Below are positions 46,895 through 55,356 of a stretch of DNA of 64,000 nucleotides, piece after piece. The notes under the pieces are model-generated. The model was not told the DNA's origin, did no database searches, and saw only the letters and a list, made by a program, of their open reading frames with translations. Made by a program: the position numbers and the translations under genes. This stretch comes from a virus (lineage: Duplodnaviria; Caudoviricetes): IMG/VR virus record IMGVR_UViG_3300005686_000008, one strand, 5' to 3'. Numbering within the stretch: the stretch's first letter is position 1; every line of letters starts with the position of its first letter.

Positions 46895-47419
46895 ATGGCG
46901 TACACTCTTGATATATCCTTAGCTTTGGGTTCAAGTAAGGCTGGTATAACATTAAATGCTCAACTTGTTGATTCTTCTTTATCTGTTGTTGGTGGCAGTG
47001 TGTCTACGGGTTTTAGTGAAGTTGGCAATGGTTATTATCTTTGGCATTATGAGGGTTTTCCAGATAATTTTAGAGGTGGCGTTAAATTCTATGAACAAGG
47101 GTCTCCGAATAGTATTTTGACTTTTGTTTCTATAAATCCTCAAGAGACTGAAAATGCAGATGTTAAAGTTTCTGAAGTGTGTTCTGGTGGAACATCTGGA
47201 TCTGTTAGTGTAAATGTTGGACATTCTAGTGTTGTTGTTCAAAATTCCACAGAAACAAGTGTTGGTAATAATAGAACAATAGAAATTACAAAAGGTTCTG
47301 AAACTGTTGGTTCTAATGTTGTTTTTGGTGAAAATAAAGAGGTTTTACCTTCAGAAACAATCAATATAATTACAGGGTCTCAAGGTTCTTCTGTTAGGAT
47401 TACTCCTGGAGTTAGGTAA
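46895..47419 (+). CDS. structural adaptor protein (paralogue of 24665-25657)
   Basis: Shared L.AQ....GF.EVG.G.Y.W.Y..FPDNFRGGVKFY domain. Confidence 0.6.
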   Translation: MAYTLDISLALGSSKAGITLNAQLVDSSLSVVGGSVSTGFSEVGNGYYLWHYEGFPDNFRGGVKFYEQGSPNSILTFVSINPQETENADVKVSEVCSGGTSGSVSVNVGHSSVVVQNSTETSVGNNRTIEITKGSETVGSNVVFGENKEVLPSETINIITGSQGSSVRITPGVR

Positions 47420-47422
47420 GAA

Positions 47423-48718
47423 ATGGCAACAAAGAAGATATTTATTGAATACAAAGTTGATGGGTCTTTATCTTCAGCTTATTCTGTTGAGCTTGCTTCT
47501 GATGATTCTTCTTATGGAGTTAAGAAGCAAGACGGAACTGTTGTGGTTTCTAGCGGAACTGCTGTTACAAATTCTTCTACAGGTGTATATGAATATGATT
47601 TATCCGTAGATGATGGAATTATTTATGTCGCTTCTTGGAAGATAATTTCTTCTGTAGGATCTGAGCCTGTTTATGCGATACAATCTCTTGGTCCTTTTTA
47701 TACGGTCGCAGAATCTCCTATCAAATCAACTCCTGATTATAGAGGAACATTTGTTCAAGGAAACCTATGTACTCTTTTCTTAAGTCTTACAGATGTTCAT
47801 GGTAATCCTCTTACGGCAGAATCAATTTCTCTTGCAATTACGAAAGATGGAGAGGCTGTTCTTTCGGATATTAGTCCTGATTTTATTCGAGCAGGTTTTT
47901 ATGCATTTGATTGGACTATTCCATCTGATTTATCTGCTGGCAGTTATCTAGTAACATGGACCTATGTGGCTGAGGGTTTTTCTGGAACAGAGCTTCAACA
48001 AATTGTTGTTTCTGCTAGCGGGGATACAGCTAATTCTTCTATTCAATTATATGGCGCTCGTTTAAGTGCTTTTAGAACGGCATTAAGCGAAATGATTTGT
48101 TGCGCGCAAAAGATTCCGGTTTATCACGAACAGTCTCTTCCGAATATTGATTATACTACATTTAAGTTTACATTTCCAAGATGGAATCAGGCATATGGGA
48201 CGAGGATATTTAGGAATAACAAGCTCATAGAAAACGAGTATGAGATAAACTATTTCAAGGGAACTGTTATTTTTGATACACCCATGACTTCATATGATAC
48301 GATTTATGCTGATTATAATTTTAGATGGTTTTCTGATGAACAAATGGATAGGTTTTTAGAAAATGCTGCTATGGTTATAAACTATTACCCTCCTCAGAGC
48401 GGATATAGCATACTGACAATTCCTGACTTGTACGTTCCTCTTGTTCTTTATGGAGCAGCAAAAGATGCTCTTAGAGAACTTCTTATGTGTCTCAATTTTC
48501 AACAGCCTCAACAGGTTTTTGGGGGTTCGGATGCGGCCCAAAAAGCGTTTTCTAATATGGAAACATTGAAGAAGAACTATGAAGAAGAATTTACAAGGCT
48601 TTTAGAGCAGAAGAAGTATGGCAAGTATCCAAGAACAAAAGGTATTGTCACACCAGAGTTTACCTTGCCAGGCGGACGTTCAAGATGGTTTAGATATATG
48701 TTTGGAGGGGGCACTTAA
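47423..48718 (+). CDS. putative neck/head-tail adaptor protein with N-terminal Ig-like domains
   Basis: TGVY.Y and AG.Y.FDW.IP....G.Y.VTW Ig-like strands. C-terminal FSDEQM..FL..A...IN.YPP...IP.....LVL.GA...AL is a connector-like helical domain. Confidence 0.55.
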   Translation: MATKKIFIEYKVDGSLSSAYSVELASDDSSYGVKKQDGTVVVSSGTAVTNSSTGVYEYDLSVDDGIIYVASWKIISSVGSEPVYAIQSLGPFYTVAESPIKSTPDYRGTFVQGNLCTLFLSLTDVHGNPLTAESISLAITKDGEAVLSDISPDFIRAGFYAFDWTIPSDLSAGSYLVTWTYVAEGFSGTELQQIVVSASGDTANSSIQLYGARLSAFRTALSEMICCAQKIPVYHEQSLPNIDYTTFKFTFPRWNQAYGTRIFRNNKLIENEYEINYFKGTVIFDTPMTSYDTIYADYNFRWFSDEQMDRFLENAAMVINYYPPQSGYSILTIPDLYVPLVLYGAAKDALRELLMCLNFQQPQQVFGGSDAAQKAFSNMETLKKNYEEEFTRLLEQKKYGKYPRTKGIVTPEFTLPGGRSRWFRYMFGGGT

Positions 48719-48720
48719 TT

Positions 48721-48963
48721 ATGAAGTTTATTCAGTCTAATTCGCATAGAGATGCGTTTCCCGAGCAGTACAATCATTCCATGTGCGGTAAGCGAGTTAG
48801 GGTTAGAATCCAAGGAAATCCGGGCGCTTCTGGTAATGCTGCCAGAAAACCCATAGAAGGCGTTGTGTTAAGGGTTGTTCCTTCTCGATTTGGTGAGTTG
48901 GCTTTGATATCAGGAGCTGGAAAAGATTACTATTCTGTGCGAGACCTAGATGTTATTGGCTAA
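48721..48963 (+). CDS. small hypothetical protein (SH3/KOW-like beta barrel?)
   Basis: 80 aa; GKRVRV...EG.V..V pattern. Confidence 0.5.
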   Translation: MKFIQSNSHRDAFPEQYNHSMCGKRVRVRIQGNPGASGNAARKPIEGVVLRVVPSRFGELALISGAGKDYYSVRDLDVIG

Positions 48964-48981
48964 ATATGCCGAAGTATTAGT

Positions 48982-49332
48982 ATGGAAAATAACAAACCGA
49001 CGACTGGTGAATTTCTTGCAAAGCTTAGGAAGCTTGGCATAGAGAATGAGATAGATTTTTATTTTCTTCCCTCTAAAGAACTAAAAGAAAAGATTATTAG
49101 AGGGGGAGACCCGATTATAGACAAATTGCCTAAATTGGCTAAAACTTCGTTTTTAGAGTTGCCATATGGCAAAGGAATTGCATTGTACACTCCAATGGTT
49201 ATTAAATATATTGATGGAACCTTAGATAAGAACAATTCATATATATTTGATTTGGGAGAAATTAGAGTAAGAAATGCAAATGAACTTATGATAAAATGTT
49301 TAAATAGAAGTAAAATTGCTGAGAAAAAATAA
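48982..49332 (+). CDS. hypothetical protein
   Basis: 116-aa ORF filling the gap. Confidence 0.55.
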   Translation: MENNKPTTGEFLAKLRKLGIENEIDFYFLPSKELKEKIIRGGDPIIDKLPKLAKTSFLELPYGKGIALYTPMVIKYIDGTLDKNNSYIFDLGEIRVRNANELMIKCLNRSKIAEKK

Positions 49333-49333
49333 G

Positions 49334-49358
49334 AGGTATTTTATCTGTAATTTAGAAA
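49334..49358 (+). promoter_or_regulatory. sigmaH-like promoter AGGT-N17-GAAA upstream of phoH
   Basis: Intergenic; matches the recurring bipartite motif. Confidence 0.5.
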
Positions 49359-49404
49359 ACTAATATCGTTGAAAGTGTTATATTTAGAAAGATTTTGTTT
49401 GCAA

Positions 49405-49473
49405 ACGACCTTCCTTATTGCGAGTCAGAGAAAAGACTTGCTTCCCTCTAGTTAGAGGGAAACGGAAGGTTGT
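49405..49473 (+). ncRNA. candidate three-way-junction RNA in the phoH 5' leader
   Basis: P1 49405-14/49464-73, P2 49420-26/49435-41 and P3 49442-49/49454-61 all pair, with G-U pairs on the + strand. Confidence 0.55.
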
Positions 49474-49505
49474 ATTGTTTTAAGCCTCTACTAAAAGGAG
49501 AGTAC

Positions 49506-51353
49506 ATGGCACGAAAGAGTAAGAGTAAGAAGGGTGAAGATTTTGTCTTTACTAAAGATTCTCCATCGAAGCTTTTGATATCAGTATCTGCGAAAAATGC
49601 CGGACAGAAAAAAGCTCTTAAAGCCATTTCTGAAAATCAAGTCACATTTATTTATGGTGCACCAGGAACCGGAAAGGCGCAGCCTTTGGATTCTACTGTT
49701 TTTACTCCAAATGGGCCAGTAAAAATGGGTAGTTTGCAAAAAGGAGACAAAGTATGTACGCCTGATGGGTCTTCTTCAAAGATTTTAGCAATATTCCCAC
49801 AAGGCAAGAAAGATATATATAAGCTAACCTTTGCAGATGGTTCTTCCGTAGAGTGTTGTAAAGAGCATCTTTGGAGAATAACAGAGAGAAATTCTTCAGA
49901 TAGAGATGAAAAGAAAGTCGTAGACACGGATTACATAATAAACAATCTTCATACAAATCTTGGTGAAAGAAACATTTACATAGAACTTTCTTCTGCTGTA
50001 GGGTTTTCTAAGAAAAATCTTCTCATAGATCCATATATTCTTGGTGTTTTGATTGGAGATGGAAATATATGTAATGCAAACGTTTGTGTTTCTTCCGCAG
50101 ATGAAGAGATTCTTGCTGCTATACAAAATGATATACCAAGTGGTTATTCTTTAAAGAAAAGTTTTGGGGAATATGATTATAGAATTGTAAAAACAACGCT
50201 TCATAATTTGAATGGTTCTCAGTCAAACATATATAAAGATTCTTTAAGACTATATGGGCTTTGGGGTAAGAAGTCTTACGAAAAGTTTATACCAGAAGAT
50301 TATCTGTATTCTTCAGAAGAAGATAGATGGGCTATATTGCAGGGACTTATGGATACCGATGGCTCTGTAAACAAAAAAACAGGTCAGGCATATTTTTGTA
50401 CATCTTCTGAAATTCTCGCTTCTGATGTTAAATTACTTGTTGACTCTCTTGGAGGATTGTGTACTATTTCAGAAAAGAATCCTACATATACATATTTAGG
50501 AGAAAAGAAGCATGGAAGAAAATCTTATATATGTTTCTTAAATCTTCCAGATTGTTCTATGGCTTTTAGATTAGCAAGAAAAAAGAATCTTGCTAAACCA
50601 AAAACAAAGTATGCGCCGAAGAAGAGGGTTTTGCAATCTATTGAAAAAATAGGAGAAAAGGAAGCTCAATGTATTCTTGTTGACAGTGAAGACCATCTAT
50701 ATTTGACAGATGGTTTTGTTGTAACACATAACACTCATTGCGCTGCCGGTTGGGGAATTCAAGAAATGATGAAGGGTAACTTTGAGAGAGTTATCTTTAC
50801 AAGACCATATGTTGAGGCTGGCGAAAAACTAGGCTTCCTCCCAGGAAACTCAGACAACAAGTTTGCTCCTTTTGTTATGCCTCTTTATGAGGTCGTGTCA
50901 GACTATCTCAGTCAAGAAGACCTAAAAGAATTGATTGAGGCAAGAAAGATTGTTGTTTATCCTCTTGCCTATATGAGGGGTATTACTTTCAAAAAGTCAT
51001 ATGTTATTGCTGATGAGGTTCAGAATTCAACTATTGCTCAGATGAGAATGATGCTTACTCGTATCGGAGAAGGATCTAAGATTGTTTGCACCGGAGACGT
51101 TGAGCAATCAGACCTTGGAGCAAAACTTAATGGTCTTGCTGACGCTATCAATAGGCTTCAGGGAATACAAAATCTTGAGTTTGTTGAACTTGATTATTCC
51201 TCTTGCGTTAGAGAAAAGATTGTTTCTGATATTGATCAAAGATATAAGGATGGCAATTCCCATGTTAGTCTTGCTGCTATTAGAGAGCATGCAAAGCTTC
51301 TTAATGGGAAACAGAATTCCTCCAATGATGTTAGTAAAACAGAGTACGATTGA
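49506..51353 (+). CDS. phoH: PhoH-family ATPase containing an intein
   Basis: AKN.GQ, GAPGTGK|T Walker A, TRP.VEAGEKLGFLPG, PLAYMRG.TF, DEVQN.T..QMRM.LTRIGEGSK.V.TGD..QSDL. AAGGAG RBS before the ATG at 49506. Confidence 0.95.
   Translation: MARKSKSKKGEDFVFTKDSPSKLLISVSAKNAGQKKALKAISENQVTFIYGAPGTGKAQPLDSTVFTPNGPVKMGSLQKGDKVCTPDGSSSKILAIFPQGKKDIYKLTFADGSSVECCKEHLWRITERNSSDRDEKKVVDTDYIINNLHTNLGERNIYIELSSAVGFSKKNLLIDPYILGVLIGDGNICNANVCVSSADEEILAAIQNDIPSGYSLKKSFGEYDYRIVKTTLHNLNGSQSNIYKDSLRLYGLWGKKSYEKFIPEDYLYSSEEDRWAILQGLMDTDGSVNKKTGQAYFCTSSEILASDVKLLVDSLGGLCTISEKNPTYTYLGEKKHGRKSYICFLNLPDCSMAFRLARKKNLAKPKTKYAPKKRVLQSIEKIGEKEAQCILVDSEDHLYLTDGFVVTHNTHCAAGWGIQEMMKGNFERVIFTRPYVEAGEKLGFLPGNSDNKFAPFVMPLYEVVSDYLSQEDLKELIEARKIVVYPLAYMRGITFKKSYVIADEVQNSTIAQMRMMLTRIGEGSKIVCTGDVEQSDLGAKLNGLADAINRLQGIQNLEFVELDYSSCVREKIVSDIDQRYKDGNSHVSLAAIREHAKLLNGKQNSSNDVSKTEYD
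49677..50732 (+). mobile_element. class-3 (Ala1, WCT) intein with LAGLIDADG endonuclease, 352 aa, in the PhoH P-loop
   Basis: Starts AQPLD after GTGK. Block B C.EHLW, LGVLIGDG and LQGLMDTDG, block F AQCI.V, and ends VVTHN|T. Confidence 0.92.
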
Positions 51354-51400
51354 CGATAATTGATAGTCTGTTGTTATTTAGCTGTTCTTCCAAACATTAG

Positions 51401-51425
51401 AGGAAGATTCGGTATTTTATCGAAT
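51401..51425 (+). promoter_or_regulatory. sigmaH-like promoter AGGA-N17-GAAT
   Basis: Intergenic, about 30 nt before the 1034-aa gene. Confidence 0.55.
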
Positions 51426-51456
51426 TACTGAATACCGACAGTTACGGAGTAAAGAA

Positions 51457-54400
51457 ATGAATGCTATAACATTTATTAAAGAAATGAGCGAGGCTCTTTT
51501 GAAAGAAGCAGCAACTCTTAGGCCATATAAGCATCGCCCTTTTACGGGTGATGAGTATGAAACTCCATTGCATGACCCTTCTTCTATTCCTCCAATGGTT
51601 AATAAAGGATATCCTGATAAGCCATTGGTTCCTAAGCCCATGTCTAAAGCGCCTTCTCAAGAGTCTTCCGATTCAGGCGTTGTTGCTCCGTATCTTGGCG
51701 GTCAAAATGCTATTCCCACTTCTTCTATAACCGTTTCAATGTGGGTTGAGGCTTTTAAGTTCAAATTCAATAAGATGATTGAAGAGTATACGAGTAATAA
51801 TGAAATTACTCCTGAACAAATAAAAGATCAGTTCAGAACCTTTGTTAAGGATGAAAAAGAAAACAAGCTTAGTCCTGAAAATAAACCTCTTACTAAAGAA
51901 CAAACACAGAAGAAATTTGAAGCCATAAGTATATTTGAAAGAGCATTTGAAACGGCTTTTAATAAGTATTATAGAGAAGGAGATATTGAAGAACCCGGGA
52001 TGAAGCCCGAAGATGTTTCTATTCCAAGAAATCTTTCAAAGGGAGAAGTTAAGGCTATTTTTGATAGAAGTAGATACTTACAACAGGGCAGAGAGAAGGC
52101 TGAGAAGACTCTTGAAGGTCTTTTGAAGTTACCGGAATTTGCAAGAAATGATTCTAATAGAAAACTTTTGGAAGAAGTTGCTGCTGAGCAAATGGGTTCG
52201 GCAGTTGCTAGCTCTATAAGCGAAGAAGATAGAAAATCTCTTTCTAAACTCTTTTTGGATAGTTATTTGAACAATAAACAAGACCCAGAATCTCTTGTAA
52301 GATGGAGCTTATTGCTTGGTCAGCCATTGAGCGGAAAGCAAAAAGCAATGCGAGATCAAAAGAGGCAAGAGAGGGGAGAAAAAGGCCCTCCTCCAATAAT
52401 CCCTAAGCAGATTATGGAAAGTATTGACCCATTTTCATTTATATCAAACGATCTGTTTTTCCCGGATAGTAATAACAAAGATATTTTCTTGTCCTTCTTT
52501 TTAGAGCCATATGCAAGACAAGATATGTTTAATGCTATTGGTCCGGATCTTGACCCGATTGAAAGCGAACTACTTGTATCTGCAAAAGAAGGTACATATA
52601 GAGCTAATGCGATGGATGTTCTTCAAAGGCATGCGGATGCTCTTGTTGTAGAAATGAAAGATATTATATCGAATCCTGGAAATCATTTACATCATAAATT
52701 CTTTGATTGGGTTCTAAAAGAAATTGTAAGAGGGGCTAGTAGTAAGATTGGCAAAGAGATTCAGTTTACTCCAGATGCTCCTAAAAAGGGAGATAAAATG
52801 GTTGACCCATTTGAAAGCGCTCCTGATAGAGGGTTTAGAAGCGATTTTAGAATTGAAATGGGTAAAAATGTCTTTGAAACTGAGGGGCTAAGAATTGAAG
52901 GTCCAAAAGCGGAAAAAGGCGATTTAGTTGATGTTGATAAGGCGGATAGTTTGCGAAATAACTGGAATAGACTTAACCAGTTTATGATGGCTCTTTCTGG
53001 AAAATTAGATGCTCTATATGCAAAATCAACCAGTCCTGATCAAAAAATAAACGCAATGAGAAAGAAGATTCTTTGGTCAAGAGTTAGACAATCTTGCGAG
53101 TTGTCTGTAAAACAAACCTTGGAAGCGATATCAAGAGGAGTTAAGAGTATAACTGACGAGAGAATGCTTAACATTATCAATCAAGACTGGAGCGAGCTAT
53201 TCAAGTTGGAGCATCTGAGCGATAAATCTTTCTCTCCTACAGAGCCGGATATAGCAGAAGCAATTCAAAAGTTGGTTGCTGATGGTGTTTGTAAAGCGAA
53301 GGTGGATAAGAATACTGGCAATGTTGCAATGACAGCACAACAGTCTGCTTATGATGAACTTGTAACTTTAAGTGCTATAGATTATCCTCCAAATATGAAA
53401 GTTAATGGAAAAAAAGATCCTAATTACATGAAGGTAAATAATACAAGAAATATCATACAGCAAAAAGCTTATGGAACTATGGAGAACTTGAAAGAAGTTT
53501 TGTTAGATCCAGATTTGATTACTCAGTTTGGAAATGACACTCTTGTGTCCTTTATTGAAGTTGTTGGGTTCTTCCCGGAGACGGCTGCTATTGGAGCTTT
53601 ACTTGCTAAAAAGAACAGAGGAACATTTGATGATAAGATTAACTATCTTACACAACTTGTAAGAAGAGGTGTTGATTTAGGTAAGACTGAAGAAGAAATA
53701 GAAGTTATGTCTCCTCAAGAAATCTCTGCTATCTTTGATAACGTAAGAGGAATGCTTGAAACGCTGTATTCAACGTCTGAAGAGATAAGGACTAGGCTTT
53801 CTGATCCTAATTCGTTCTTCAAGGATGAGGATGTTTCTAGATTTGCGGCTGCTGCCGGCTTGGGAAATGTTAGAAGTAAAACTGATTTTGCTAAGCTGAA
53901 TGATGAAAGCAAAGATGCTATTATAAATGAACTTGACAAGAGCGAGTTTAAGAAATATTGCGTAGATCAAATTACTGCTATTAATGCAATGAAGTCTTTC
54001 TTGGAAAAGTATATTTCGTATAGCACTGGTGACCAGGCTTTCTTGCAAAGAAATGGGTTCAAGAGTAAGGATGATTTTTATAGGCATATTGGAGTTAAGG
54101 GAGGAAGCGTTGATGAGTTTTTGGATAAGTCTCCAGATAGAAGAATATTCCAAGTAGCGCAAAGATACTATCCGAAACTTTTTGATGCCTATAATAGGGG
54201 CTTATTAAAGAAGACCGAGGGAGATAAGGCTGAATCTTCCAAGATACAAAAAATTGTTGATGATTTGCTTGCAGGCGCAGAGAATGCTCCTGTTGATCTT
54301 AAGAGTTCCAAAAGGCCATATGGTCCATCAAGACAAAAAGCTAAAGATGCCTTGTTCTTTGCTCAAATTTTGGATGCTGAATCTCCTCAGAGATTTGCTG

Positions 54401-54561
54401 TAAGAATGCAATCGCTCAAGAAGATTGCAAATCAAAGAAAGGTTGCTAAGGCTATATCTGTAAGACAAAAGTTTGTTAAGATGAACGCCGATATAACTAT
54501 AGTAGACGCATTAATCCAAGGATTAAAAAATGGCGGAAGACAAAGCATGGGACTTGAGTAA
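51457..54561 (+). CDS. large alpha-helical hypothetical protein, possibly an internal head protein
   Basis: 1034 aa, charged and helical; K-x-A motifs at both termini (LLKEAA; LKKIAN, RKVAK). Confidence 0.6.
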   Translation: MNAITFIKEMSEALLKEAATLRPYKHRPFTGDEYETPLHDPSSIPPMVNKGYPDKPLVPKPMSKAPSQESSDSGVVAPYLGGQNAIPTSSITVSMWVEAFKFKFNKMIEEYTSNNEITPEQIKDQFRTFVKDEKENKLSPENKPLTKEQTQKKFEAISIFERAFETAFNKYYREGDIEEPGMKPEDVSIPRNLSKGEVKAIFDRSRYLQQGREKAEKTLEGLLKLPEFARNDSNRKLLEEVAAEQMGSAVASSISEEDRKSLSKLFLDSYLNNKQDPESLVRWSLLLGQPLSGKQKAMRDQKRQERGEKGPPPIIPKQIMESIDPFSFISNDLFFPDSNNKDIFLSFFLEPYARQDMFNAIGPDLDPIESELLVSAKEGTYRANAMDVLQRHADALVVEMKDIISNPGNHLHHKFFDWVLKEIVRGASSKIGKEIQFTPDAPKKGDKMVDPFESAPDRGFRSDFRIEMGKNVFETEGLRIEGPKAEKGDLVDVDKADSLRNNWNRLNQFMMALSGKLDALYAKSTSPDQKINAMRKKILWSRVRQSCELSVKQTLEAISRGVKSITDERMLNIINQDWSELFKLEHLSDKSFSPTEPDIAEAIQKLVADGVCKAKVDKNTGNVAMTAQQSAYDELVTLSAIDYPPNMKVNGKKDPNYMKVNNTRNIIQQKAYGTMENLKEVLLDPDLITQFGNDTLVSFIEVVGFFPETAAIGALLAKKNRGTFDDKINYLTQLVRRGVDLGKTEEEIEVMSPQEISAIFDNVRGMLETLYSTSEEIRTRLSDPNSFFKDEDVSRFAAAAGLGNVRSKTDFAKLNDESKDAIINELDKSEFKKYCVDQITAINAMKSFLEKYISYSTGDQAFLQRNGFKSKDDFYRHIGVKGGSVDEFLDKSPDRRIFQVAQRYYPKLFDAYNRGLLKKTEGDKAESSKIQKIVDDLLAGAENAPVDLKSSKRPYGPSRQKAKDALFFAQILDAESPQRFAVRMQSLKKIANQRKVAKAISVRQKFVKMNADITIVDALIQGLKNGGRQSMGLE

Positions 54562-54751
54562 AGAAGTAGATAATAGTTGCAAACTTGTTGCTGTATGTAT
54601 GCATTGTAGACATCACGCTCATAATCCTACTATAGAGTTCAATTTTGGCGATAGCAAAGTTTATTGGCTTTGTCCTTCATGCACAAAGATGAATGAAATG
54701 GATTTTTCTAAGAGACTTCCTCCTGCTTATCCTAAAACAAGGAGACAATGA
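54530..54751 (+). CDS. small zinc-ribbon protein
   Basis: CMHC...CPSC. Confidence 0.6.
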   Translation: MAEDKAWDLSKEVDNSCKLVAVCMHCRHHAHNPTIEFNFGDSKVYWLCPSCTKMNEMDFSKRLPPAYPKTRRQ

Positions 54752-55336
54752 GTGTATATAGTTAAAAACAATACATCTCATGATTTGTCCGTGCCAGAGT
54801 TGAGTTTAACTTTGGGTCCGGGAAATAAGATTGACTTGGACATGATAACTTCAAGGCATTATATTGACCAATCTAGAACTCTTAGAAATCTTCTTTCAAC
54901 TAACAAGATGATATGTATAGTTAGAGATGATGGATCTGGGGCTTATCAGATAAAAAGAGTTCATGTACAAGAATCCAAACCTCAATCGCCTTCGTCTTCT
55001 GATGTAATGGAATCAATTAAGCAGCTAGAAGACAAGATTACAAAGAGGATTGATGAGAAAGTTGCAAACTCTCAGCCTCAAATAGATGTCAATGCTTTGA
55101 ATAATGCAATTTCAGCGTTACAAGCCTTGACTGGCGGTTCCGGAAAAATATCGCATATTGCTGAACAGAAGATTGAAGAGGCAAAAAGCGAAATAGATCC
55201 TAAACGACTTGTTGATATACAGAAAAGAACGGTTGGTAGGCTTGTTAATAATGCAGAATCTAATGTAAAGCATGATGAACAGATAACCGATAAAGATGTA
55301 GCGAAGAACGCTAGGGAATTAGAAGGGCTGTTGTAA
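54752..55336 (+). CDS. hypothetical protein with a small N-terminal beta/alpha domain and coiled-coil
   Basis: GTG start 7 nt after AAGGAG; directly upstream of the actin-like gene. Confidence 0.65.
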   Translation: MYIVKNNTSHDLSVPELSLTLGPGNKIDLDMITSRHYIDQSRTLRNLLSTNKMICIVRDDGSGAYQIKRVHVQESKPQSPSSSDVMESIKQLEDKITKRIDEKVANSQPQIDVNALNNAISALQALTGGSGKISHIAEQKIEEAKSEIDPKRLVDIQKRTVGRLVNNAESNVKHDEQITDKDVAKNARELEGLL

Positions 55337-55356
55337 TAGAGAAAAGGAGAACAGAG

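Noticed and set aside
49405-49473. Hammerhead ribozyme (three stems and GAAAC)
   Set aside because: The CUGANGA core is missing between the two hairpins.
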